A DNA stretch of 63,632 nucleotides, filler included, from Octopus bimaculoides (GCF_001194135.2; 7 parts of 7 records of this genome joined end to end with filler, not necessarily neighbours in it); one strand, 5' to 3'. Numbered from the whole stretch's first letter, positions 39,713 through 54,092 are shown. Notes: generated from the letters alone by a model not told the origin. Made by a program: numbers and translations.

Positions 39713-39937
39713 CTTTCCCCATATAGCGGTTCACTTAACGCGGTTCACTTATCACGGTTTATTATTTAAGCTTACGTCGATTCCTCCGTGGTGTTGTTTT
39801 GTATTTATAATAAAATAAATATATACAAATTATAAAAATCAAATAACATACAGTACAGTTAGGTTTTTACTTCACGGATTTTTGCTTATCGCGGCGGGGT
39901 TTGGAACATAACACCCGCGATAGTCGATGAATTACTG
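39706..39937. mobile_element. pogo/Tigger-type MITE
   Basis: TA-CAGTAAT...ATTACTG-TA ends; subterminal tatagcgg/ccgcgata and repeated cttatcgcgg-like motifs. Confidence 0.7.
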
Positions 39938-40953
39938 TATGTATATATATATGCATTATGAGTGTATATATGTATATGACAGCATGTATGTATATATGTC
40001 TATTTGTGTGTCTAGAACGGGCGAAAGTTAATGCCAAGCCCTATAAACTGTCCTGGTTCAATTTTTCCGTCGCACATACATTATTTTGCTAATATCCATG
40101 AAGCTTTTCAGACAGGTTCGAATATCAGAAAATCATTTCTAACGAATTGAAGTCATCATGAATTATACCAGGTGACTCATGAGCGTCATGTGGTGACATT
40201 TAGCTCAGTACAACCTGATATATCTCACCTTTTCTTTCTATTCGCTTTGAAATTACCTTCCTTCTTGTAAATCGTTTATATTAAAGGTCTCTGAATTCTG
40301 GTCTAATGTAATATGGTAGCCAGCATATTGAGAACCTCTCTGAATATTGCATATCAATTATCAATATCTTTATCATTAAGTATTTCTCTGCCTTCTCAAA
40401 AATGTCCTGCGGCGTCCCTAACCTCTTCCTCGCTCCGTATTAGTCTCTTCAGTCAATCTTTCAACTATGTTATTCAGTCTGATTATGAATCACGAAAAAC
40501 TGGGCTGTTTATCACCTGGTTTTTCCACATCGAGACTGGCCGATAAGACGTCCAGGTATAGATTCATCGATTTTTATCCCTTAATGATTTTCATTGTGCC
40601 GTTTATAAAAGTAAAATTAGAATTTATCCCAAAACACTGTTGAGTTCATATATGTTCCTGCAAAGTAGACAGGAGATATATAAGTAAAAAAAAGAAAAGA
40701 AAAAACAAAACATCACAAAATAAAACGAAAGATTAAAGAATGGTTAAATAAATGTTCCTGGGTTAAAGCATTTAAAACATATCTATTTTTCGTATCTGGC
40801 GGATAAATATTCCTGTTTCATTGCTTTATCAAATTTAGATAAGTTTAGAAGAGAAAAAATTAACTCCTCAAGATACAAAATTTGGTTAATTTACATATTC
40901 TTGATGGACTCGTTTTCTACAAATGTATTTCTTAATTTCTAGAATGATTTTCT

Positions 40954-41015
<62 letters not shown>

Positions 41016-41019
41016 GCCT

Positions 41020-41866
41020 GTCTCGGGCCGGGACCTATGAACAACTTCCAGAGATCCCTGGCCTAGCAGTGCTATCGGGAAGCGCTATCCGTTCGGGATA
41101 AGCTCTACAGGCATGGCTCGAGAAACACGGGGCCGACCTGCCCGAGATGCGGACAGAGCGATGAAACCGTTCTGCACGCACTCGTACATTGTCCAACCAT
41201 TTCCGACCTGCGGGCTTATGTCGAACGACTGCTATCACGTGTGAGACGAGTCAGTTTATCAGCCGAGTCTATCGTGAATATTGTCGCGCCTCCTTCCTTG
41301 AAACGGGAGGGAAGAGCCATTTTGATCGTACTTGTGGCTATGGCGAAAGAGTGTTATCACCTGAAGAGGAAGGTGAGAGTAGAAAGGGAAGTCTTGACTA
41401 GTGAATGCTTAAAAAAAAGATGGGTGAATGTAGCAAGGATGGCACGTGTGAACGACGGAGCCATCTTGAGCATAACCCTATGAACTAGAAAAAAATCCAG
41501 GAAAAAAAATAAAACAAAAAGGTAAAAGAGAGTCACTTACTGTTATAGTTTCTTCAATGACAATATTGACCAAGGTTACCGTGGTCTTTTCCGTAGGCTT
41601 TTCTTTCCACGGCTAAACCTAAACTGTCCTCCCCTCTTTTTACACGAGAACATTACTGTGTGATACACGATCCCTATTGATCGCTTTTTTTCCCTTCTCG
41701 ATCCCTTTTGATCGAACTCCCCCCTTTTTCCCTTCCTACGATCCCTTTTGATCGACACACCCTTTTTTCCTTTTTTTCCTCTCTTTCCTTCCCCCTCCCA
41801 AAAAGAAAAGCTCTACATTGTATTTGTCCCATCTTTGTTGAGCCCTGTGTGTCTAATAAAAGAAAT
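41020..41866 (+). mobile_element. 5'-truncated Tx1-clade (L1-like) LINE inserted in (TATC)n
   Basis: GPGPMNNFQRSLA..CYREALSVRDKLYRHG..CPRCGQSDETVLHALVHC (zf-RVT/CCHC), 3' UTR ending aataaaagaaat; (TATC)n on both sides. Confidence 0.85.
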
Positions 41867-41867
41867 G

Positions 41868-41925
<58 letters not shown>

Positions 41926-42388
41926 CCGCTCTGTTTGTCTGTCTCTGTCCGTGTGTCTGCCTGTGTGTATGTGTGTATTTATGTATGTATGTATGTATGT
42001 ATGTATGTATGTGTGCGTATGTATGTAAGAGTTCAAATTTGATTGCCAACAACAAATGTTGGCAAACATTAAATCATGTTCATCATTTTGAACAATAACA
42101 TCTTACAAATTAACACTTATTCATATATTGCTACTTTTCGACTCTATATCTTGTTTACTTATATTATTGAACGTTATCTTGGTAAATTTGAACAGTATTA
42201 ATAATTGCTATTATAATCTGATTTGTCTGGAAATGTATCGTCTCTCAATATCTTTTGGCTTTCGACTTACATTCTCATTTATGGTTATATTTATACATTT
42301 GTTACCTGCTTAGTCAAACATCTTAAGAAAAATCTGGTTTTTATGATAAATCTTATTTTTCTTAGATTTTCACAAAATTTTATCTTTT

Positions 42389-42429
<41 letters not shown>

Positions 42430-43780
42430 NNNNNNNNNNATCAGTGTTTTCAAAGATGACAAGAATTATATTAATTATAAAGAATGTTTTTCAATAAGAA
42501 AAACATAGTTTCTTTCTGACTTAATGTTTACTACAAATATATTTACACTACATTACTTGGCTTACTTTCAAAAGTTGAATATAACAACAAAAATAATACT
42601 AATAATAATTATTGTAATAACAACAATTAAAGTCAAAATACGCCCTGTGTTCATTATATTTATCTGTCTGACTCACCCCACCTCTTTATATATCTAAATA
42701 TTATATGTGCAATATAAACACATATAAAGATTATATTTGCGCGCGTGTATCTTTTAATATTTGTTTCGTCTTTCCACTTAACTGGATTACGTTAGATGTC
42801 TAAATTATAAAACAATATTGCAAGCAGATGTTTTCTTTTTATAGCATATACTATTCTGCGGTCTATACTAGAATTGGTCGGATGCTTCTCGTGTCTGATT
42901 TCCTTGTAGACGCATTGATTTTACCGTTTCAGATCCTTTCTCTTCTTCCCCAAACCGGAATACATTAAAGTGTTATTGCTATGATGGGGGATGAAGTGTG
43001 TCATAAATTAAAAATGTAAATGGTGTTTTCAGAGATTGTGAGGGGCGCCAATGAAAAGTTATGTGGAGAACATTCGAGGTGAATAACTGGATGTGAATAA
43101 AGGGCAAAGGATCAGATTTTGCCACAATTTGCATAAAAAAAATATATATTAAATTATACAGAAAAATATGAATAACATCTTAGATTATACATATAGTCGA
43201 AATCATTTGTGGCATTTGGGTATATGTGTGGTTAGGGTTTCGTGGCTTGTGAGTGATACATCTATAAAATGTTAGTCGATCAAAATGGATAGAATCGGGC
43301 CATTGCGAGTATTTATTTCGGTACAGAGTTTTAAAAACGGAGGTGGAACTAGGATTATAAAGAGTTAACGTAACAAAAGGAAACATGAGATTGGATGACA
43401 TGGGTCACATTCCCACAGTTGAGTAACTTCTATATCGAAACTCTCTTCGCTATTCCTCAAAGAATCACTCTAGTATTTGATTGGGACTTTGTTATTAACG
43501 CTAAAAGGATTAAATGCAAAGCCGATTTATCAGAATTGATCACGGATTAGTATATATATAAGCATGAATTAAATGTTCAACAAGGTACTGGTGATTCTTC
43601 CTAGATGCTACCGTAGATATGTTCGATATTTACATTGTGAACGGGAGGACAACACATTTAGTTGATATACATGTTCTACACAAAAACAAAGTTACTCTCT
43701 CATGTGACAGAGTAATATTACGTTTTTGTAGATGTGAGTGGACGCAGTACAATTGGCGACACACTCGAATATTTACACAT

Positions 43781-43825
<45 letters not shown>

Positions 43826-45170
43826 ACATACAAAAGATATACATGAGCATATATATACACCTAAAGATATAGAAGAGTGTCTGTGACTGAGTCGCCAAAT
43901 CATTCAATAAAATATCACTAAACATAAGACGATACTGCGACATTCATGTTATGAAATTAAATATTACGTCACTAAAATAATAAATATTCCATTTCTAAAA
44001 TATTAAATATCTCGCCTCTCCTCTCCCCCTCCTTCCTGTTCTCATACTCAACAGTCACACATGAAAACACAAAATATCTATATATATGTGTGTGTGTGTG
44101 TGATTGTATGTGCCTGAGTGTGTGTGTGTGTGTTTATATGTGTGTGTATGTGTGTATCTTTGTATTTAACTATAATATCATGATAGCTTTATCATAGCAA
44201 TTCCACATTTCATATCAGTTATCGAAGAAATTAATATAAAAATTGAAATTACACGAATTGTATCAAGTATCGTAATGACAGAATTCTGATTAATATTAGA
44301 AAAATAAATAAATAAACAAATAAAGAAATGGTAAATTTCCTGAGGATTATTAAGTGCAAGTAATAAATCTCTGAATTCATGATTTGATTTCCATCCAAAT
44401 ATTACGAAATATGTCCTTATTTTATTTTATTTTAATCAAGAAATGGAATTTCCAAAAATCGCAAGAATTTTTTTTTTCATCTTTAGTGAAAGAGTTTAAA
44501 CATTTTACTTAAATAAGTTATCACGGAGCTTCCAAATTGATGTTGGAGATTTGTGAGATAAAATGTTTTAAAACTGAAACTTTTGCAGCGTTCCTCCGAC
44601 AGTCTTTTCAATTCAAAGACAGAACGATTTCTCTGATAGTGCCAACAATCTACCTATTTTCTTCACATCCATCATCACAAATTTTGTTAAACTGTTACAG
44701 ACTTTTTCTTATATTTATTTCATCTTAACTCGTTAACTGGCTGAAGATGTTTAACGGCATCTTGTGCTATGAATAGCCTTTGGATGTTGGCCATAGTTGA
44801 TTCATGTCCAACCAGTGGAATAATCCTGTCGAATACCAGGTACAAGTTCACCAGTATCCACATATACATTTCTTTGTATCGTTTATCTTTTATCCTTTAT
44901 CCATTACATGTTTTAGTCAATAGACTGCGGCCATGTTAGGGAACCACTATGGAAGTAACATTGTTTCAAGTTTGGTAATTATTCTTTTGGTCTCGCTTGC
45001 CGAACCGCTGCATTACATTGCTCTAAAAGCCACTTACCTGATGATAAGCGAGTACACAACTGTTGGATCCATATATCATATTCAAATAATATTTTTATAA
45101 CGTATTATATGGAAAACTCAACAACTAACAGCAACAATTGTTGTGACTAAAGCTTGTTCATTTCATCTTG

Positions 45171-45171
<1 letters not shown>

Positions 45172-45230
<59 letters not shown>

Positions 45231-45255
45231 GTCTGTCTATCTGTCTATCTGTCTA

Positions 45256-45296
<41 letters not shown>

Positions 45297-45300
45297 GTAT
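45172..45300. repeat. (TATC)n/(TGTC)n microsatellite
   Basis: Direct reading. Confidence 0.95.
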
Positions 45301-45870
45301 CTATCTATATGCGTGTGTGTGTGTATATATATGTATATATATATATATATATNNNNNNNNNNNNNNNNNNNNNNNNNNNNNNNNNNNNNNNNNNNNNNNN
45401 NNNNNNNNNNNNNNNNNNNNNNNNNNNNNNNNNNNNNNNNNNNNNNNNNNNNNNNNNNNNNNNNNNNNNNNNNNNNNNNNNNNNNNNNNNNNNNNNNNNN
45501 NNNNNNNNNNNNNNNNNNNNNNNNNNNNNNNNNNNNNNNNNNNTATATATATATGTTTGAATATGTATATATGTATGTGTATATATAGATATAATTGCCA
45601 ACGAAGTGTGGCGTCCTATACAGGACAATGCTACTGTTGCTTTTAGCCCCAGAAAGACATCTCTTCTAGCTGGCTAACGACGCACATTCCGTGTCCGATT
45701 AGTATTTTCAAGGTGTGGTCATCGCTTCTATCCCTAGCCTTACGTGATACGCACGGACTCGAATATCTGGCTGGTTACGCCAGTAACACTGTCACGAATA
45801 GGACGCCACACTTGCAAGGTATCATTTGGACCGGGTCTATAGAAGGACTGAACCCAAAATGACGTGGCTG

Positions 45871-45972
45871 GAGAGAGAGAGACAGAGAGAGAGAGACAGA
45901 GAGACAGAGAGACAAAGAGACAGAGAGAGAGAGAAAGAGAGAGATAGACAGAGAGAGGGAGAGAGAGAGAGG

Positions 45973-46036
<64 letters not shown>
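45871..46036. repeat. (GA)n microsatellite
   Basis: Direct reading. Confidence 0.95.
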
Positions 46037-46040
<4 letters not shown>

Positions 46041-46309
46041 AAGAGTTTCTTAATCACAAAGCCCCGACTGCGATGAACCTGCACGCCCCGCCTCATGAAG
46101 CAGCATTTAAATTTTAATAAAAAGGGATAAATAAAACATTGTGGACTTAAGACTCAGTATACTTACTAAGCCATCGGTTTTTTCAGTTTGAATGATCTAC
46201 GTTTTTTCTCTGTCCACGAATATGTTGTGTCTATAGAAACTTTATTCACAGCTGTCAGTTGAGTAAACGTGTATACTGACTCTCCGTCGATTACCTCGAC
46301 GAGTGCCCC

Positions 46310-46500
46310 AGCTGGTCTGGTCAACAGAATAACCTGCTCATGAAATTAACTTACAAGTGCCTGAGTACTCCACAGACGTACGTTTGCCAGTTGAGTGAAC
46401 TGAAGTAATGTGAAGTAAAGAGTCTTGCTCAGGGACATTATGCACCACCGGGTGCCCAACGTACGGCCTAAGGATCTCGAAACTTAATCACTTAACCACC
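46310..46500 (-). mobile_element. SINE family B, partial
   Basis: Reverse complement of the B body (gaaattaac..ctgagtactccacagac..agtcttgctcaggga). Confidence 0.6.
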
Positions 46501-46529
46501 GACTAAAAGAATTCAAAAGTGTATACACA

Positions 46530-46691
46530 GCCACAGGAGTGGCTGTGTGGTAAGTAGGTTCCTTACCAACCACATGGTCCTGGGTTCAGTCCTACTGCGT
46601 GGTACCATGGGCAGATATCTTCTACTATAGCCTCGTGCCGACCAAAGCCTTGTGACTGGATTTGGTAGAAGAAAACGGGAAGAAGCCCGTC
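46530..46691 (+). mobile_element. SINE family A head, cut by a spacer
   Basis: ggagtggctgtgtggtaag...gggttcagtcc...agaagcccgtc. Confidence 0.85.
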
Positions 46692-47095
46692 NNNNNNNNN
46701 NNNNNNNNNNNNNNNNNNNNNNNNNNNNNNNNNNNTTAATTAATTAANNNNNNNNNNNNNNNNNNNNNNNNNNNNNNNNNNNNNNNNNNNNGAGTCGCCT
46801 TTATATATTTATATTTATATTTATATATTTATATATTTGATCCTTTATATTGAACACTCAATATTTCATCTACATTCAATACTTTCTTTCATGGTGCCAT
46901 CCATTTTTATTTTATTTTATATTGTATATTGTATATTATATTATATATTCCATATTCTACACCCCACATTAGTTCTGCAGGAATATAAATAAAACATAAA
47001 AAACAGACAGTGTTGGAACTCTTTTAAACAAAATAATATATTCCTCTATACACAATCATACAAAAAAACCCACCTTTTTTGTATTTATTTTTACT

Positions 47096-47132
<37 letters not shown>

Positions 47133-48252
47133 GTATATATTGGAAATTTTCTATCATGCCCCAAGCCATAGTTTCTGTGGGTGTGATGTGCGTGTTTTAA
47201 GCATCGAATCTAAAAAGAAACTTTCCCCTTCAGTAATTTTGAAGTTTTGACTTTTGTCGTTAAAAATAAATTTATCGTGTGCATATTTTTGAATAATCAT
47301 AATTTCAGATGTTTAAAGTACAAATTTGAAAAATTTTTGAAAGAAAGTAAAAACTAGAAAAGTTCAATTAACGGTGGGGTGTAGGATAAAAATTTTCCGC
47401 TTTCATTATCTGCAGAATCATAACCTACAATGCTTAAAACTTTAAGGTTTTTGGCGCGCTAGATAAATTCTGATTCAATAGGAACACCTCAGATCGGTTC
47501 TGATAAGAGCGGACCAATGATCAAAGACATTCCAAACATGATCATTATATTTTTTTTAGGGTAATCTAGGATTACATTAAATAATGTATTCTTCCTTAAT
47601 TAAAATAGTCGAGTGTGATTTAAGGAATATTTGGCTGCTTTTTCGGGTAAAGTTTTCCTTGTTGGTCTGTCCTCCCAGCTGGCGCCTTGCGGAGGTAAAT
47701 TATTAGTGCTGCTGCTGCTGATAAGGTTGAATAATGATAATTTCTAAGCACGAACTGCTTTACGGCAGGAATCGTAAGTAAACATCAACTTGGAATGTGT
47801 TCCTTTTTAATGACACGTCTTCTACATCGCTGTCCGATTTCTTATCAGAAATTACTGGTCTTCAATATTCTCACAAAACCAAGAAAACTAAATTTGTTTC
47901 ATCAACAACAGGAAAAAATATATATGCAAAGACAATAATAAAACGACACGCCCAATTATTTTTAGTTGGGATATTGTGTGGCTGTTAATTTTCGTGGTGA
48001 GTGTCATTTGATGATACAGTTTTTACATTTGTTTCTCTCGCCTATTCCCTCTATATTGCTTGTTTTTTTTTGTTTGATAATAACAGCTGCAATAACAGCA
48101 ACAATAATAGAAACAATAATGGAAATGTCCAAATCAACGTTTCTCTTCTTCGTATCGATTGTGAAATCTGTTTAGGTTATTTTCTTTACTACATGGATGT
48201 GTATATTTATGTTACAAGAATACCCCCACTTCTCTCTCTCTCTCTCTCTCTC

Positions 48253-48292
<40 letters not shown>

Positions 48293-48793
48293 NNNNNNNN
48301 NNNNNNNNNNNNNNNNNNNNNNNNNNNNNNNNNNNNNNNNNNNNNNNNNNNNNNNNNNNNNNNNNNNNNNNNNNNNNNNNNNNNNNNNNNNNNNNNNNNN
48401 NNNNNNNNNNNNNNNNNNNNNNNNNNNNNNNNNNNNNNNNNNNNNNNNNNNNNNNNNNNNNNNNNNNNNNNNNNNNNNNNNNNNNNNNNNNNNNNNNNNN
48501 NNNNNNNNNNNNNNNNNNNNNNNNNNNNNNNNNNNNNNNNNNNNNNNNNNNNNNNNNNNNNNNNNNNNNNNNNNNNNNNNNNNNNNNNNNNNNNNNNNNN
48601 NNNNNNNNNNNNNNNNNNNNNNNNNNNNNNNNNNNNNNNNNNNNNNNNNNNNNNNNNNNNNNNNNNNNNNNNNNNNNNNNNNNNNNNNNNNNNNNNNNNN
48701 NNNNNNNNNNNNNNNNNNNNNNNNNNNNNNNNNNNNNNNNNNNNNNNNNNNNNNNNNNNNNNNNNNNNNNNNNNNNNNNNNNNNNNNNNNNNN

Positions 48794-48882
<89 letters not shown>

Positions 48883-49859
48883 TAATATCTAATATATTGT
48901 GTGTGTTTTTATATTCATCTCAATGTATTTGTTCATGTTTACCTGCCTCTGTGTGTGTGTCTTAGTTATTCCTTACCATTCTCTTTCTCTCGTCTACTCA
49001 TATACCCCCCCTCTCTCTCTCTTTGTATATATGTATGTGTATATATATATATATATATATTATACACTCATTCCTACTTAGACTTTTATTTGCCTCTATT
49101 GTAAAAAGGTTATCAAGTAAACAAGTGAATAATTCACGTTAAGTAGACGTGAATAAGTGGACTCACACCTCTATTCCATTAATATCAATGTTTCTCTCTA
49201 ATTTATGAAGCTGCCGTAACTCTATTAAAAGCAGCATTAGTGTTTCTGTGCTTTTCACCATCCCGGGTCGGTGAAATAAATAAGTAATATTCTGCGGTTC
49301 ATTTTAATCCGACATATTAGTTAAAAGTAAACGATAAAAATAACAATATCATCCTTTGTCTGAGAAAATATTCATTGCTGATATTGTTAGGCTATCATTA
49401 TTGTTAATGTAATAATTGTGATTGTCATTTATTTAAATTTATTCATTTAATGTTGTTGTTTACATCAAATCTAAAAGATGTGTGTGTGTGTGTTTCGTAA
49501 TGTGAAGATTATCTGATCTCGAACTCAGTACATTCGGCAGAACAGATAGATATGTTTACTGTAGCAGTAGTTGACAGTCTACTTTGAGTTTTGCTATAGA
49601 GCTAGGTGAAAACTCGGAGTAGATTGTTAACTTTTGATATAAACACACACGCAGTCCTATAAACATCTGTAAAGTGGAACGCTGTTGTGGCTATTTAAAA
49701 AAACAAAATCACGAAGACGGCGTATATTTGCAGGCATATGAAATTTTATTAATTGTTTGGTAATGATAATTAGTGAAAAGAAGTTATATAACACTGACGT
49801 TTATTGGTAGATAGATACATACATACATGTATCGATTTAATCGTTTATATTATTATTAT

Positions 49860-49947
49860 TTACCTTTCATCCTTTCGGTGTCAATGTAGTCGACTTACCT
49901 GTCCCTCGCAATTACTGGGCTTATGCCAAAATTTGAAACCATTATTA

Positions 49948-49998
<51 letters not shown>

Positions 49999-50730
49999 CT
50001 TCGTAACAGTGTTGGTAAAAATGTGCCGGAGTCTTTAGTCATCTGTCAAGTCACAACAAAGACCTCAGACAGATAATACTTTCCTTAAGATGTGCGCTGT
50101 GCCCAGTAAGGCTGCTTTTTGCAAGACATCGATCTTGCATGGCATTTCCAGTTGCCTTAAGAAGTTTTGAAGTTTCAATGGGATTGAGCCCATTGGTGTC
50201 ACTATTACATTACCCTCTCGCATTCCATGCAGTCTGAGTTCAAATTCTGCTGAGGTCGACTTTATCTTACATCCTTTCGGGGTTGATAAATTAAGTTCCA
50301 GTGATACTCTGGGAGTCAATATAATCGGCTAGCCCCCTCCTCCCAAATTGTGCCTATAATAGAAAGAATTATTATTTTTAATGCGGCAAGCTGGCAGAAT
50401 CGTTAAGCATGCCAGGCGAAATGCTTAGCGGTATTTCGTTCATCAGTATTTCATCGATAAAATAAGTACTAGTTGTGTACTGGAGTCGATGTAATCGATT
50501 TAACCCCACCCAAAATTTTCAGAAAGGATTGTTATTATTATTAAGGTGGCGAGCTGGCAAAATCGTGAGCACGTCAGGCAAATAGTGACATTTCGCCACA
50601 TTAGTTCTGAGTTCAAATTCTGCCAAGGTTGACTTTGCCATTCGTCCATTTGAGGTCAATAAAACAAGTACCAGTATTGATTTAATTCTTCTCTTGAACT
50701 TTCTGGTCTCGTGCCAAAATTTGAAACCAT
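49860..50730 (+). mobile_element. Cluster of four tandem SINE family C copies or fragments separated by (ATT)n
   Basis: Tail 49860-49940; copies at ~50225-50370, 50380-50530 and 50541-50730. Confidence 0.75.
50000..50212 (-). mobile_element. R4/Dong-clade LINE 3' end
   Basis: IVTPMGSIPLKLQNFLRQLEMPCKIDVLQKAALLGTAHILRKVLSV*, then a short 3' UTR running into (AAT)n. Confidence 0.85.
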
Positions 50731-50754
50731 TACGCAGATGTTACCATCATAGTG

Positions 50755-51545
50755 TCAAACACCAGGTTGGCACTGCCTTAAAAGAATACATGACAGTGAC
50801 AAGAGCAAAAATTAATCAAGAAAAGTCAGTGGGCCTGCAGCTAGGCACCTGGAGAGGCAGGTCCATGCCATCCAATAATGTTATGGGATGCTGGATGGAG
50901 GGACTGGTTAAGTTGCTCATAGTCTGGTTTGGTCCAGATCTCCAGGTGGAGAAGAACTGGGAGGAGTGATGAGTAGGGTAGCCAATCTTGCCTTGAAATA
51001 GGCTGAGAGAAAGCTATTCCTGAAAGATCAGTAGAGGTGGCGAATGCTTAATTTGCCCCCATTATTACCATCTGACTGTCATGCTGTGCTCCAGTTTATG
51101 TCTGACCAAACTGGAGTGCACACTCTTCCACTTCCTGTGAAAGGGATGAGTTCAACTGGTCAGGTGCTCCATTTGCTGTCATCACTCAATGAATGAAAGG
51201 CTAGACATATCATGGTTGCTGATGAGCAGACATGTGCTGAGGCTACGACATCTGCAGCACTTCGTTGATGGTGAGCAGGTGTGGGCACTGTTTGTTGGAC
51301 AGGATCTTTCACAGCTTGTCTCTTTGACTGAGCTGCAGTCCTGGATCAAACATAGATTGAGGCAGCATTCCTGGCACTTAGTGTTGTTAGGTCCTCACAG
51401 TCCTCTGTCAGTTGGGCAATGCAGTTGGTTGAAGTTCCACTTTGGCATTCTATAAAGGGTTAGTGGCAGGTAAGTGTGACAATGTTCTTGGGGAGACTCA
51501 GGGCCAATTTTGCTCAAGTTAATTTTATAGAGGGTTGCATATAAA
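50755..51545 (+). mobile_element. Tx1-clade LINE ORF2 fragment, older and decayed
   Basis: AKINQEKSVGLQLGTWRG...KLL..WFGPDLQVEKNW; MSRHVLRLRHLQHFVDGEQVW. Confidence 0.75.
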
Positions 51546-51801
51546 AATTGAAAACAACACCACATGCATTTACTGACAACCTTCCACCAGATGACTGCAT
51601 CACCATCACAACCCAATTATGCTGCCACCACTTTACAGTACCAACTCGTATAATACTATCACCAACACCACTTTGCAGCATTGTTTATTTCTTTTTTTTT
51701 TACTGTGATTTCCTGTTTTAAGAGATGAGAAAATTTGTGAATATTTGTACATTTGTATTATGAATAAATTCAATTGTTAAACATTAAAAAGTAATTTGAA
51801 A

Positions 51802-53167
51802 TATTAATTAGCAACAGTAATCCTGGTATTGTTTTCTAAAATTGTTATCAGTTCTGATTTTTAGTATAATTGAAAAGGAGATGCATAGCATTTAATACTG
51901 CAAATCCAACCATCTATATTCCTTCTTTTGAATTGAAATATATATTTAATTAATTTTCCATGCCTTCCCAGCTGGCCATATTTTCCCATCAAAATGGTTT
52001 TGCAGAGATCTAAATAAATGGAAATCTTATGGAACAAGGTCTGGATAATATAGATTGGTGTAGCATTTTTCCTATCCAGAACGTTTTTAGTGACTTGATT
52101 GGAATTAAACTGAGCATTATCTTGATGAAAGAGAACCACACTGCAGTTTATCAAGACTGGGCATTTTTCTATTCAAAGCAATCTTCCAACAGTGAAGTTA
52201 CTGACAATAGACTTCAGAAGACTTGTCCTGAAAAGCTCTTTCCATCTCCCACCAAACATTCAATAAAGTTTTCTTTGTGTGAATTTCCACTTCTGAATGT
52301 GGCACAGTTTTTTAATTTGGGCTTAACTATTGTCTGCAGTGCTTGATATTGCCGTAAAAAAAATTCATTTTTCATCTCCAGTCACAATTCAGTTAAAAAA
52401 TGGTACTTGATGGTTCTGTGTATGGAATGATTCACAGCTTTTGTTGATGATTGGCTGTTGAAGAGCGTGAAGAACTAATTTTGCACACTTAGAAACATAC
52501 GCTAGCTTTTTCAAATGATTATGAATGGTCACAATGCTAACATTCGTTACCAACCTGGCTGAAACCGGCTCTGGTTTTGAGTACAAATGTCTTGTTTTCA
52601 TAAGTATTGAATTGAAATCTTCCACCAAACCTTAGTCACAGTTTATGTTCCTAACACTAGCTGAATGATAACTAAGTTATTTTACTAAATTCTTTGTTAT
52701 ATTTAAAGTAATTGAAAGAAACACAGAGCATCTCAAAATACAGTAATGAAAGGGAAAGCTCTCTCACCATCACAGCAGGATTCCTTGCAAGTGTTGCCTC
52801 CAGCATTTCATCATCCACTTCATAAGGATATCTTCATCTTAGCCTATCTGTTAAATTGACCATAAGCCTTTTGAACATTCTTGGCTGCTCTGGTTGCATT
52901 GCATCGTTCATAAAACTCAAAGCATAATGTGATAAATATGTTCTTTGGTTACTTCCATGATGGGTTCTTCATATAGAAAATTATAATATACTAAAATATG
53001 ATTGTTCCTCTACAGAAACACTTCATTATTGAATGCCACCAATATTTATAGCTGTTATAAAAAACGTGTTTTAATGGGTTCAAACTTGTAATCAGACAGA
53101 ACTTTACATATAATATATTTACTTTTTACATTTGTATTTGGCAGTAAGTTATTGTTGCCAAATACTA
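51802..53167 (-). mobile_element. Decayed mariner transposon (with a small AT-rich insert at ~52655-52750)
   Basis: MEVTKEHI.HIML N-terminus; TIHNHLKKLAYVSK; LFHQDNA motif; degenerate TIRs near 51802 and 53167. Confidence 0.75.
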
Positions 53168-54092
53168 ACCATTCAACTGTAAAATAAGAATGAAACTTGT
53201 TAGTTGGTCAGGAACATTAAAAGTTATGCCAACATTCTTGTTTGTATTCTATTATTTTAGATTGTGTTATATACTTTACAGAATTCATTTTTACCAATTT
53301 GATGGAAATTTCAGACGAAAGGATTCCAGTTTGCCATGAGTGTAAGTATCTAGTTTATACAGGGTAAAATCTTGTTACTCAAAACTATTTTTGAATTTAC
53401 TTACATAGCATTTACATAATGTAAATTTGTATATTTTGGCAACAAAACATGAGGTTGATTGCCAGTTAAGATGCTAGAGTGCTAAAAAATACACTTGATT
53501 TATTCTCGATTTCCTTTCAGCTAGTGTAAGATGAATTTGTTGAGTACTCATATGGAAACTTCTGTTGCATATGTCAACTTGATGTTGTTCTGGTTGCCTG
53601 TATAGAAGTTCAGTGCTGTAATTTGAGTTGAGATGGCAGAATAACTTCAACTCAAATTGACCTGAAGCTGGAAGCTTCTGGGGAGAACTTGGCCATGAAA
53701 GTTGTGCCTTGAGCAAATTTGGCAGTGTAATTTACATTCCAGTTGGAATATGGTTCCATGTAAGAAACACTGCTTTACTGGAACCTATCAACTCTATTAA
53801 TATTAACTGTGATTACAACAATAACAACACAAAAATAATACATAAAATTCGACATATTTGTCAATTACATCATCTACTTGATTAATTTTTTTGTAGAGTT
53901 CCTCCCTCTCTCTTCTCTGTCATCATCATCAGCATGATTATAGGATTAGCCTTATCCTTTATATACTAGCATGATTTTGAATGATTTGCAGAAAGACATG
54001 TCTCCAGTTTTTCGTATTGTGTGACATCTTATATAGTTGGTATATACATAACACCACCTGGTTTAATACTACCATGTAGTAAACATATGCTG

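Noticed and set aside
42950-43500. Possible decayed transposase (KCKWCF..., DWMTWVTF)
   Set aside because: Too many stops and no motif I can assign.
53282-53750. Plus-strand 60-nt exon-like unit with a gtaagt donor and a downstream acceptor at 53521
   Set aside because: The downstream segment stops in all frames within 5 codons; a lncRNA or UTR is possible but unsupported.
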